Program-made: the position numbers and the translations under genes
The notes under the pieces: generated by a model
Told to the model about the DNA's origin: nothing
The model's database searches: none
What the model saw: the letters and a program-made list of their open reading frames with translations, nothing else
Source of the DNA: Verrucomicrobiia bacterium
Lineage (GTDB): Bacteria > Verrucomicrobiota > Verrucomicrobiia > Limisphaerales > UBA1319
Reading direction: 5' to 3'
NCBI GenBank assembly: GCA_963664225.1
Contig: OY760937.1
Coordinates: 96,001 to 160,000, forward strand
Length of the DNA: 64,000 bases
Part shown: piece after piece, positions 10,235 to 19,366 of the stretch
How the letters are laid out: each line of letters begins with the position of its first letter
Position numbering within the stretch: position 1 is the stretch's first letter

Positions 10235-11404
10235 ATGATGACCGATGACATGACGTTGGTGCGGAAATACGCCGAAAGCGGCTCAGAGGAGGCCTTTGCC
10301 ACCCTGGTCTCACGGCACATCAATCTTGTTTTTTCCACCGCCCTGCGCCAGGTCCATGATGTCCATCTGGCAGAGGAGGTCGCCCAGGCGGTATTTATCA
10401 TTCTGGCGAGAAAGGCCGGATCGCTCGACTCGAAAACGATTCTGCCCGGATGGCTTTGTCGCACGGCACGAAACGCTGCGGCCAACGCCCTGACCATTCA
10501 ACATCGCCGGCAACGCCGCGAACAGGAAGCTTATATGCAATCCCAACTGAACGACATGGAGTCCAACGCCTGGATGCAAATCGAACCCCTGTTGGACCAG
10601 GCCATGGCGCAGCTTGGAGAAAAGGATCACGACGCGGTTGTGCTGCGCTTTTTCAAAGGCCGTAGCTTCAAGGATGTCAGCGCGGCCATGGGCACGAGCG
10701 AAGCCGGAGCCAAGATGCGAGTGAATCGAGCCCTGGAGAAACTCCGCAAATTCTTCGCCCGGCATGGCCTTACATTTTCATCAGCCATGATCGCCGCAGC
10801 CGTATCGGCCAATTCCGTTCAAGCGGCGCCGATCGGGCTGGCAGCCTCCGTCACGGTCGCCGCCATCAAGGGAACAGCCGTGACAACCTCAACACTCACC
10901 CTCATCGAAACAACACTTAAAATTATGGCATGGACAAAACTTAAAACCGCATTGGTCTTCGGGGCCATTGCAATCATGGCCGCAGGCACCGCCACAGTGG
11001 CCATACGCACGGTCAGTCAACCATCGAACGACATTAATGCGTCGGCCAGATCTTCGACGTTTAAATTCGCCGGTTACGCCACGCCCGAGGCATCCGTTCA
11101 ATCGATGCTTTGGGCGGCGAGCCAGGGAGATTTTAAAAAGTTTATGTTTGCCTGCACTGCGGAACAACAGGAACGGTTTAAAACCAAGATGGCTGGAAAA
11201 TCCCAGGACCAAATCAGCGGTGAAGCCATGGCATGGGCCAACGCCCTTGTTGGCTACAAAATCACCCAAAGCGAAGTCATCTCCACTGACGAGGTCCACC
11301 TGCATATCAGTGCCGCGCCATCGTCAGACGGCCTCCATGGCGGAAAAGTGGTCGTCGTCATGAAGAAAATTGGAAACGAATGGAAACAAGCCGGCGATTT
11401 GTAA
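10235..11404 (+). CDS. ECF sigma-70 factor with long C-terminal extension
   Basis: Region 2 (AFATLVSRH...AEEVAQAVF...LPGWL), region 4 (AVVLRFF...RALEKLR), then a hydrophobic segment and a ~130-aa domain. Confidence 0.9.
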   Translation: MMTDDMTLVRKYAESGSEEAFATLVSRHINLVFSTALRQVHDVHLAEEVAQAVFIILARKAGSLDSKTILPGWLCRTARNAAANALTIQHRRQRREQEAYMQSQLNDMESNAWMQIEPLLDQAMAQLGEKDHDAVVLRFFKGRSFKDVSAAMGTSEAGAKMRVNRALEKLRKFFARHGLTFSSAMIAAAVSANSVQAAPIGLAASVTVAAIKGTAVTTSTLTLIETTLKIMAWTKLKTALVFGAIAIMAAGTATVAIRTVSQPSNDINASARSSTFKFAGYATPEASVQSMLWAASQGDFKKFMFACTAEQQERFKTKMAGKSQDQISGEAMAWANALVGYKITQSEVISTDEVHLHISAAPSSDGLHGGKVVVVMKKIGNEWKQAGDL

Positions 11405-11438
11405 AGGCCCGGATACTCGAGTCTGGAGTCTAAAGATT

Positions 11439-12092
11439 ATGAATCCGAAGCGCGCATTCACTTTGATCGAATTGCTGGTGGTCATTGCCATCATTGGCAT
11501 TCTCGCTGCGCTTCTGCTGCCAGCTTTGAGCCAGGCCAGGGAGAAAGGGAGAAGAACCTCCTGCATTGGCAATCTCAGACAGGTCAATCTGGCCATACAT
11601 CTCTACGCCGATGATAACGCGGGATCATTGCCGGTTTTGCCAAACCCCAATCCATTTCCAAATGGCATCGGCGCATACTACAAACAGCTTGTTAAAAGCT
11701 ACCTGGGTCTAAAAGGTCCGGCATCGCCGAACGAGACCGTTTTCACCTGCCCATCGGATCGAATCATGAAAACGCAAGTGGGACATGCGTTTACGAGCTT
11801 CACATTTAACGGCTACGAAGTGGGACCAGGCGCCATGCCACGCATCACGGGCAAAAAGTTGGATGCCATCAAGAATCCTGCGCGGGCGGTGCTGGTCGGC
11901 GAGTGGCCTGCGTTCTTTGGAGGTTCGTGGCATCCGGTTGTCAAACAAGTGTATCCGGACGCAAAAAATGTCCTGAGCTTTGTCGATGGACATGCGAGTT
12001 TTACCAAAATCTATTGGGACGGCGTTGCGGATTCAAATCCGGGCGGTTACGAACCCCCTGCGGGCTACGATTACAGTTGGGATGGAGAATGA
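11439..12092 (+). CDS. Prepilin-type N-terminal cleavage/methylation protein with H-X9-DG-like motif
   Basis: [26 protein letters not shown]-terminal [10 protein letters not shown]. Confidence 0.9.
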   Translation: MNPKRAFTLIELLVVIAIIGILAALLLPALSQAREKGRRTSCIGNLRQVNLAIHLYADDNAGSLPVLPNPNPFPNGIGAYYKQLVKSYLGLKGPASPNETVFTCPSDRIMKTQVGHAFTSFTFNGYEVGPGAMPRITGKKLDAIKNPARAVLVGEWPAFFGGSWHPVVKQVYPDAKNVLSFVDGHASFTKIYWDGVADSNPGGYEPPAGYDYSWDGE

Positions 12093-12290
12093 GATGGCCT
12101 GTCGCATCGCTATTGATGGCTTCAGAATTCCGAAAATGCGGTATTGTCAACGGACGGGGTTGAAGTCAGGATTGGAGCACAATGACCCCTGTCTGTGCTG
12201 CAAAGTTTGCAGGATTCCTTGTCGAAACCGACAAGGATGTCCGCAGAACAGTCGTCTTCTGAAACGGAATCAATCCTTTCCAAACCCAAA

Positions 12291-13667
12291 ATGAATGACT
12301 CAAAGTTTTCCGCGATCAACCGCCGCCGGTTTTTGCAAAACGCCGGTGCCGGTGTGGCCCTGTTGAACATCCTGCCCGGCAGCCTTGTAAAAGGGGCTGA
12401 CAAATTGACTCCAAATGAAAAGGTCAATGTGGCGGCCATTGGCATCGGGAGCCAGGGCGGCTCGGACTTGGACGCCGTGGCGAACGAGGGACATAACATT
12501 GTGGCCCTGTGCGATGTGGATGATAACTATGCCGCCAAGAAGTTTGCGCAGTATCCCAAGGCGACGAAATTCAAGGATTTCCGCGTCATGCTCGACAAGA
12601 TGGGCAAGGAGATCGACGCCGTGGTGATCGGCACACCGGATCATACACATGCCGTCATATCCATGGAGGCCATGAAGCGCGGGAAACACGTTTATTGCGA
12701 AAAACCGCTCACCCATACGGTTCACGAGGCCCGCGAGATCATGGCGGCTGCGAAAAAATACAAAGTCGTGACCCAGTTGGGCAATCAGGGGCATTCGAGC
12801 GGGGACATTCGCAAGCTCTGCGAATGGGTCTGGGCCGGGGCCATTGGCAACGTGCATACCGTTCATGCGGGATGCGACGCCTTCAAAGATGTCTATTCCC
12901 AGATCCGCAACCTTGAAAAGGCAAAACAAAGTTACGAGGTGCCCAAAGGTCTGGATTATGACCTGTGGATCGGGCCGGTACCGTTCCGTCCCTACACTCC
13001 ACTTTGGGTGCCGTGGAACTGGCGCGGTTGGATGCCGTTTGGCACAGGAAGCATTGGCGATTGGTTCTGTCACGTGATCGATCCCTCGTTCTGGGCGCTC
13101 GATCTGGATGCCCCCACCTCCGTGCATGCGGAAGTGACCGGTTACGATGCCGTCAAACAAGGTCTGACGTATCCTCCCGGCTCAAAAGTCACCATGGAAT
13201 TTCCCGCCAGCAACGGGCGCGGTCCCATCAAGCTGGTCTGGCATGACGGCGACACCAAGATTCCCAAACCGTCCGATTTCCCCGCCGAGGAAAATGCGCC
13301 GGGCATCGGTGGTATCCTGTTCGGGGATAAGGGAATGATTGTTCATGGATCGCACGGCGCGGGCGGCTGCCGATTGCTCCCCGACAAAGTGATGGACCAA
13401 TACACCGGGAAAAACGCACCCGCGCAGAAGATTCCGCGCGTGAAAAACCATCAGTGGGACTGGCTGGATGCCATTCGCAACGGACGCCAGGCAGGATCCA
13501 ATTTCGGCTATGGCGGCCGTTTGACTCAGGTGGCGTTGCTGGGCGCCATCGCCATTCATTTCCCGGGCGAAACGCTCAAGTGGGATAATCAGGCCGAACG
13601 TTTCACCAACAACGAGGCGGCGAACGCCTTGATCAATCCGGCCTATCGCCCGGGTTGGAGCCTGTAA
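12291..13667 (+). CDS. Gfo/Idh/MocA oxidoreductase, Tat-exported
   Basis: NRRRFLQ Tat motif, GIGSQG, TPDHTH, YCEKPL. Confidence 0.92.
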   Translation: MNDSKFSAINRRRFLQNAGAGVALLNILPGSLVKGADKLTPNEKVNVAAIGIGSQGGSDLDAVANEGHNIVALCDVDDNYAAKKFAQYPKATKFKDFRVMLDKMGKEIDAVVIGTPDHTHAVISMEAMKRGKHVYCEKPLTHTVHEAREIMAAAKKYKVVTQLGNQGHSSGDIRKLCEWVWAGAIGNVHTVHAGCDAFKDVYSQIRNLEKAKQSYEVPKGLDYDLWIGPVPFRPYTPLWVPWNWRGWMPFGTGSIGDWFCHVIDPSFWALDLDAPTSVHAEVTGYDAVKQGLTYPPGSKVTMEFPASNGRGPIKLVWHDGDTKIPKPSDFPAEENAPGIGGILFGDKGMIVHGSHGAGGCRLLPDKVMDQYTGKNAPAQKIPRVKNHQWDWLDAIRNGRQAGSNFGYGGRLTQVALLGAIAIHFPGETLKWDNQAERFTNNEAANALINPAYRPGWSL

Positions 13668-13713
13668 CATGCTCTGGCCAGGCATTGGGCGCTGGCGAAT
13701 TTAATGGAAGCAA

Positions 13714-13740
13714 CAGGTGCGGCGGAAACTGCCGCACCTG
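13714..13740. terminator. Hairpin between convergent genes
   Basis: CAGGTGCGGCGG-AAA-CTGCCGCACCTG. Confidence 0.65.
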
Positions 13741-13771
13741 ACGGTTTAATTGTGTGATGGCGTGGTGGATT

Positions 13772-14536
13772 TCACTGCGCCGGGCGCACGGCCCCGAAGA
13801 CTTTTTGGAGCAGATCGCTGGTGCGGGCCACGGGGTTTTCGCGGATGCGCTTTTCTTCGTCCCCGATTTTTACAAACAGCCCGTCCATGGTTTTGCGCGT
13901 GACGTAACCATCGATGTCAGGGGTGTTCTGGCCCAAGACGGACATTGCCGAGAAACCACCAAAACTGGCTTTCTGGGCCATGGCTTTATAGGCCCCGGTG
14001 ACGCCGGTCTGGGCGGTTGCCTTCTGGACGATGGGCAGGAATCGCTGGTAAAGATTCGTCTCACTGGTGCGTTTGAAATAGGCCGTGGCGGCGTTGTTGG
14101 TGCCGGTGAGGATGGTTTTGGCGTCGGCGAGTGTCATTTGTTTGACGGAGTCACCGAGGACCGTCGCGGCCTCGGGCACGGCCTGCTCGGCCGCCCGGTT
14201 CATCGTGGTCACGAAATCATCGACCAGTTTGTCCTGCCCCAAAGCGCGTAGAGTCTTCTCCACTTTTTGCAGCGGCTCCGGCGTGGGTATCATCACGGCG
14301 GCGTCCTTGAGGAAGCCGTCCTGTTTGCCAAGCGTTGCCACAGCGCGTTCGACGCCTTTGCCCAGGGCCTCCTTGAGGCCGCCTGCGATTTCATCGCTGG
14401 AGAGCGCGGTGGTCAGCGCGGAGGTGTCCGTGGTCGCGGTTTTTCCCAGCCCGAGCCAGTCGAACATGCCCGCCGACGGAGCGATGGAACTCAGAACGAG
14501 CGCAAGTGACAACAGGAGAAGGGGAATGCTCTTCAT
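13772..14536 (-). CDS. DUF4197 family protein
   Basis: GLKEAL, MNRAAEQAVP, EEKRIRENPVARTSDLLQKVFG. Confidence 0.88.
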   Translation of the reverse strand: MKSIPLLLLSLALVLSSIAPSAGMFDWLGLGKTATTDTSALTTALSSDEIAGGLKEALGKGVERAVATLGKQDGFLKDAAVMIPTPEPLQKVEKTLRALGQDKLVDDFVTTMNRAAEQAVPEAATVLGDSVKQMTLADAKTILTGTNNAATAYFKRTSETNLYQRFLPIVQKATAQTGVTGAYKAMAQKASFGGFSAMSVLGQNTPDIDGYVTRKTMDGLFVKIGDEEKRIRENPVARTSDLLQKVFGAVRPAQ

Positions 14537-14620
14537 ATCATGAATAATAACCTTGGAAACAACCTCGCGCCGGACGCGCAAAAATGCAAGATGGAGTTGG
14601 ACTTGAGACCCTCTTGTTCA

Positions 14621-15290
14621 GGGTGCATGACAAAATTCAGGAAGCTGGTAAAAGCCTAAACCGTACGAACCCAGCCAGAACTCCAGCCGGCGGTGTGGGG
14701 CATATAATCCGGCGCGGCGGCATCCTCCAAACCGTGCAATAAACCCGCGACTCGCAATACTCCTCCCTCGCCTGGGGGGGTGGGGATGAGAATTCCCCGA
14801 ACCGAAAAGATCGCGCATTGAACCCCTGTACCAGGTATTTATGCAAGTAACTTGTAATGAAATACATCCCACTTTGGGTTCATGGGCAGGGCGTGCATCA
14901 ATGCCTTTTTCCATTTCGCATGGTTCGCATATTTCGTGGTCAAAATCCTTTTCAATTCCATTGTCCATCATCTATTTTCGCTGAACCAATCCCGCGCGGC
15001 GGCAATCACCCAAACCGTGCAATAAACCCAGGACCCGCAACACTTCTCCTTCTCCTGGGGGAGAAGGTCGGGATGAGGGCGTGCGTCAATGCCTTTATTA
15101 TTCCATTATCCATTGTCCACTATCAATTGTCCCTTATCCATTCTTCCCTCACCCATCCCCATCCATTTCCAAAACCTCCCTGTCCTCAACCCGGAACGGG
15201 TTGCATCACTCAGCCCCGGGTCGCGAGGCACGAGCCACCCGGGGTCCCCGTCCCCCAACATTCGCCTACGCTGTAAGCGTTGAATCAAAT
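14621..15290. repeat. Modular repeat cluster 1 (MITE A-end, REP-like palindromes, short periodic repeats)
   Basis: Blocks shared with 19335-21149, 54677-55312, 56334-57152 and 61575-62658. Confidence 0.9.
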
Positions 15291-15297
15291 TCAAACA

Positions 15298-15471
15298 ATG
15301 CCCTCCAATCCCCAGGCCCTTGACGTGCTCCTGCGCCGGGCCCGCAACCTCTGCCTCTCCGCCCTCATCGAAGCCGTGCGCGACCAGACCCGCATCGTCG
15401 ATCCCAAACAAGTCAACCGAGTGCTCATTCAACCCCATTGGAGGAAAGACTGTGACAGCCCCATCGCCTAA
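15298..15471 (+). pseudogene. Probable C-terminal fragment of an ExeA-like AAA ATPase from a DDE transposon
   Basis: LRRARNLCLSALIEAVRDQTRIVD...VNRVL resembles the lid end of ExeA-type ATPases (recognition only). No Walker motifs are present. Confidence 0.4.
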
Positions 15472-15763
15472 ATCCAACTTCTTGCCACATCCTCGAACGA
15501 CCAATCGGTGGACCCGCGAACAAATCCGCGCCGCCCGGATGGCCCCGCTGCCACCGCTCCTGACAAAGTACGGTCTGCAAACAACCCCGCTGCCCGCTGG
15601 CAATTTGGCACTGTCCGCCTTCAAGGGCCTGATCGTCAAAGACTCCTACTGGCGCTGGCCTGAACAAAACAAAGCAGGCAATGCCATCGACTTCCTTGTC
15701 CAAGTCCTTGGCCTCTCCTTCAACGAGGCCATGCACCAGATCATTGGAACACCGCAATCTTGA
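15452..15763 (+). CDS. Small protein resembling the C-terminal part of a primase zinc-binding-like domain
   Basis: GNAIDFLVQVLGLSFNEAMHQI motif; GTG start overlaps the preceding ORF. Confidence 0.55.
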   Translation: MTAPSPKSNFLPHPRTTNRWTREQIRAARMAPLPPLLTKYGLQTTPLPAGNLALSAFKGLIVKDSYWRWPEQNKAGNAIDFLVQVLGLSFNEAMHQIIGTPQS

Positions 15764-15937
15764 GATACAGCCATAAAACGCCGCTGGTGTCGCAGTGATG
15801 CGACGCCAGTGCGGCAAATTACGATCCCACCTCGGCATGATTACGACAGGAATTTGGCCCGGCCATAAGCGTCACATGCGTACGACCCGAGCGGGGCAAT
15901 CCGGCTGAAAAAGACGATGGCAGTTCGGCAATATCAC

Positions 15938-16372
15938 TTAAAACGCTGCGAGCTTAATTTGGCCAAAAGTACGACGCCAATTAATTTCGTAACAGCTGGG
16001 ATAAACTGACCATTTTTGACGACTCATCCGCCCCCAGGCAATGGCCTGTTGACGATAAAAATAGGTGGTTCGTTGTCTCCCGGGATCGTCTGTGGCCGCT
16101 GGAATGACACTGCAAAAAAGCTCAAATTGACGGGTGATTTTCTCGCGTGTCATTGGCTCCACCGATGGTGCATCTGCGGTAACGGCTAAAAGGTTTTTGC
16201 TGAATGCGGCCACTCGTTCAAGGGCTTCCTCGCGGGTGTTGGCGTGAACAAAACCAATCAATGGATTCATTTCCTCTGGCAGGAAAAGGAACCATTTTTT
16301 GTTTCCGTTACAGATCGATTGTGCGTTCCGGCTCTGGAGCTCTGATTCGTTGTTTTCTTGGGAAGTTTTCAT
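15938..16372 (-). CDS. Hypothetical protein (144 aa)
   Basis: Open frame with ATG start, immediately downstream of a large structured region. Confidence 0.55.
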   Translation of the reverse strand: MKTSQENNESELQSRNAQSICNGNKKWFLFLPEEMNPLIGFVHANTREEALERVAAFSKNLLAVTADAPSVEPMTREKITRQFELFCSVIPAATDDPGRQRTTYFYRQQAIAWGRMSRQKWSVYPSCYEINWRRTFGQIKLAAF

Positions 16373-16387
16373 GGTCTTTTTTTAAGA

Positions 16388-16822
16388 TCTGATGTGCGCT
16401 CTCGGTCTATCGCCCTTCACACCCAAGGCCCGCGAATCAGGGCGGATCGTGGGAGTAGTCTTCAGAGGGCACCGCCATGTCTTACCCCCTGTCGAAGTCG
16501 GTCTAAGAGGGCGATGATTGAAAGCGTCAGAAGTGAAATAAAATCTGAAAACGAGGGAACTCCATTTCCTCTATGAATGGAGCAAAGCGACCTGACCGGG
16601 AGGGGATGGGGCTGGCTCGCTCGTGAATTTCTGGAAGCCTTTAGCGGAGTGAAGCGGTTGGACGGGCTGTCAGTTCAAGGGAGCCCTATGAAAATTAACA
16701 GTCAGGCCAACCAGCGAAACGGAGCGGTGGCGAAAGAAAGCTCATCGAGGGAGCACCATGGGGGAGCGCAAGTCTTCCGATGTTTCAAGGCGTAGCTCTT
16801 TCAAGGGGAATCGAAAGCTCGG
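16388..16822 (-). promoter_or_regulatory. Highly structured non-coding region, possibly a ssDNA-promoter/ssi-like element
   Basis: Nested inverted repeats: ATCGCCCT/AGGGCGAT, CTCCATT/AATGGAG, GGTTGG/CCAACC, GCAAG..TCCGA/TCGGA..CTTGC. Confidence 0.45.
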
Positions 16823-16891
16823 ATGTCTTGCGGGGGGGGAGGACTCGTTCTGCTGAAATTTTCTATGGGATGGCTGTGGATAGCATTCATT

Positions 16892-17101
16892 TCAATGGTT
16901 GGTCCGATTCGAATCGTTGATTTGCTCAGTCCGTTTTGCAAGAGTCGCGTTTCGCAACTGTTCCTGTTGTTGCAGGAATTTCGTCCAGTCGGCAGCGGGA
17001 ACATTTGTAATATTGCCGCCAATAAGTAGCACGGCACGACCGCCAAAGAAATTGCGTTTTCCATTATAGTACAAACCCGCATGAGTTTCCATCGCATTCA
17101 T
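16892..17101 (-). CDS. Small hypothetical protein or gene fragment (69 aa)
   Basis: AGGAGG upstream on the minus strand; lies downstream of the immunity candidate. Confidence 0.35.
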   Translation of the reverse strand: MNAMETHAGLYYNGKRNFFGGRAVLLIGGNITNVPAADWTKFLQQQEQLRNATLAKRTEQINDSNRTNH

Positions 17102-17176
17102 TTATAGTACTCAACCTCCTTGTATAATAACCTTAAAGTATGATTTTCACATTTTAGAAACACGCGCTCAGAACAA

Positions 17177-17599
17177 TTAGTTCGTATCGTACACATAATA
17201 CACTCCATTTGTCAATTGACGCCGAAATCCGTAGTTGTTTATTTTAGCATCTGTGGAGCCAATCATTATACCTTCTCGCTCAATCCCAAGTTTAAAACCG
17301 ACAAAGATAAACTTAAAACCTGTTTGGGTATCTATCTGGATTTGGACAACTATCGGGTGGAGTCTGGAAAGTTGTTGAGGATAGACTGCAGGGGAGAATA
17401 TAAACCCATTCTCATTCGTTGAATTCAATTGATCTTTTGCCCATGTGACAATTGATACAAGTTCACTTTTATTTAAGACATTAACATTAAATGTTTCCCA
17501 TCTGACCTCCGGGTTTGTATTGTTTGAACTACAGCCAGCTACCAGCAGACCTGCTAAGAAAAAACACATATTTGATTTATACCAATTACTAAGAGACAT
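17177..17599 (-). CDS. Putative Rhs immunity lipoprotein
   Basis: AT-rich, lipobox LVAGC, starts 6 bp after the Rhs stop codon. Confidence 0.7.
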   Translation of the reverse strand: MSLSNWYKSNMCFFLAGLLVAGCSSNNTNPEVRWETFNVNVLNKSELVSIVTWAKDQLNSTNENGFIFSPAVYPQQLSRLHPIVVQIQIDTQTGFKFIFVGFKLGIEREGIMIGSTDAKINNYGFRRQLTNGVYYVYDTN

Positions 17600-17605
17600 A
17601 AAACA

Positions 17606-19366
17606 TTACTCAAATGGGAGTTTTTTGTTAGGATACCATCGCCAAACGAACGTTTTCAAACCACACGGACTACTCCGATTGGAATCGCATTGCGTTTGTT
17701 CAACAGGTGGTCCCACAGCCGACATTGATCCATAGCTTCCACCAAATCCGACAGTGGTAAACAACTTAGCGCCTTGATTATACTGTTCCGGATCACCATG
17801 GCTAGTTTTCCAGTAATCTACCGCAGCGATAGCCATCTGCTCGCTCCATATTTGACCAGTCACAGCTTGCCCCCAAGTTGGCGACATTGAATTGCCAACT
17901 GCATCAAGAACTCCTTGAAATCGCTGATGACATAAATTATTGACCTTTCCCCACATTAAATAATGAACATCTCCAGCAAAGAAACATCGCCCGCCATACT
18001 TTACAGTACGATCACACTTTGGCGCATCTCCGCGAATAGCGGCAGCCGGGAATGACCAGCCACCATATCCGAGATTGGCAAGTTGCATCATCATCCACGA
18101 TCCACTAGCTGTTGATAAAGGCATGTAAAGACTCCTACATGCGTTTGCAGCCTTTCCAACATCCCAACTCTTGAAAGTCGCTTCAATTTCATTGAGAGTT
18201 GATTGAACTGCTGTTGTCACGTCAGGCCCACACCTGCAAGTAGTTAAACCCAATGAATCAAATCTATCCACTGAGCGATTCCAAACGAACCCATACAAAT
18301 TGAGCCCTCCTTTCTCCGCAATCGGGTCTCTGGATAGCCACCTTCCAGTGCTGGCATTATAATACCGATACCCGTAATACACCAAATCTGTCTCATCGTC
18401 CTGGTATTTTGTCGAGAACCGGAAGGGGTTGAGCTTGGCCATGGGTCCTGTGGAGCGGAGGAGTTCACCGAAGGGGCCGTATTCATACCGGGCGCAGACC
18501 AAGCCATCAGCGGCATTGACCAGCGCGGTGAGGTTGCCGTTGCCATCGTAGGTCGCAAAACAATTCGTTGTTGCTGTGCCATAATAGGTGACCGCAAGCA
18601 ACCCACCCACACCACCAGCTCCTTGTGCGGTGCCACTCAAGTCCAGTCCCCACAGATAGGAACGGACCAGTTGATTGGCGCTGTTAAACTCGGCAACCAG
18701 GTTCCATCCATCGTAAAGGTATTTGGTATCTGTGATGATGGAGTTATCAGATTTCTTCACGGTCTTGCGAATGCGTCTTCCCCGCCAGTCATACTCGAAA
18801 ACCAAATGCTGCGCATCAGGTCCGGCAACCAGGCAATCCATCCCGATCAGCCGATTCTCCGCATCCCAAGTGTAACTCCACACCATGTCATTGATCATGT
18901 TTCCATCAGAATCAGGTGTGAAAGTCTGTGTCGCCGCCGGAACCAGCACATGGCCCGGAGCGCTCGTAGGCTGCTGGACAGTGCGACCGCCTTTTGTTGC
19001 CGTGACGAGCACTGGGGTCCAGACAGAGGCACTGCTATTTCCCGCAGTTCCAACCGCCTGGAAGTACTCATTTTTTCGATAAACGGTCTGGGCGCCGCCA
19101 TTGATTGTGACACCAACCGTTGCTGCCTTATTAGCATTACCCATCACATCAATCGAGGTCGAAACCTGTCTGCTGGTGTATTGGTTAACGGTATTGGCGG
19201 TATAGCTGGCCGTTCTCATGGCAATCACATCGTTGACAACAAACGCAGCCTGCTCTCCAAAAACCGCCTTGGCAACAGGAACTTTGCCGCCCTCTGGTTT
19301 GCCTTCCGCGTACTCGCGTCCATTCCTTCGTCCGTCAACCCCACGCGGCGGCACATTCCAAGTCAT
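17606..19366 (-). CDS. N-terminally truncated Rhs-core protein with C-terminal toxin domain
   Basis: YTWDAENRL, YEYGPFGE, PFRFSTKYQDDET, YYGYRYY, GRWLSRDPI, DSLGL boundary (18245-18259). The 5' end merges into the repeat cluster; a start near 19219 is possible. Confidence 0.88.
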   Translation of the reverse strand: MTWNVPPRGVDGRRNGREYAEGKPEGGKVPVAKAVFGEQAAFVVNDVIAMRTASYTANTVNQYTSRQVSTSIDVMGNANKAATVGVTINGGAQTVYRKNEYFQAVGTAGNSSASVWTPVLVTATKGGRTVQQPTSAPGHVLVPAATQTFTPDSDGNMINDMVWSYTWDAENRLIGMDCLVAGPDAQHLVFEYDWRGRRIRKTVKKSDNSIITDTKYLYDGWNLVAEFNSANQLVRSYLWGLDLSGTAQGAGGVGGLLAVTYYGTATTNCFATYDGNGNLTALVNAADGLVCARYEYGPFGELLRSTGPMAKLNPFRFSTKYQDDETDLVYYGYRYYNASTGRWLSRDPIAEKGGLNLYGFVWNRSVDRFDSLGLTTCRCGPDVTTAVQSTLNEIEATFKSWDVGKAANACRSLYMPLSTASGSWMMMQLANLGYGGWSFPAAAIRGDAPKCDRTVKYGGRCFFAGDVHYLMWGKVNNLCHQRFQGVLDAVGNSMSPTWGQAVTGQIWSEQMAIAAVDYWKTSHGDPEQYNQGAKLFTTVGFGGSYGSMSAVGPPVEQTQCDSNRSSPCGLKTFVWRWYPNKKLPFE

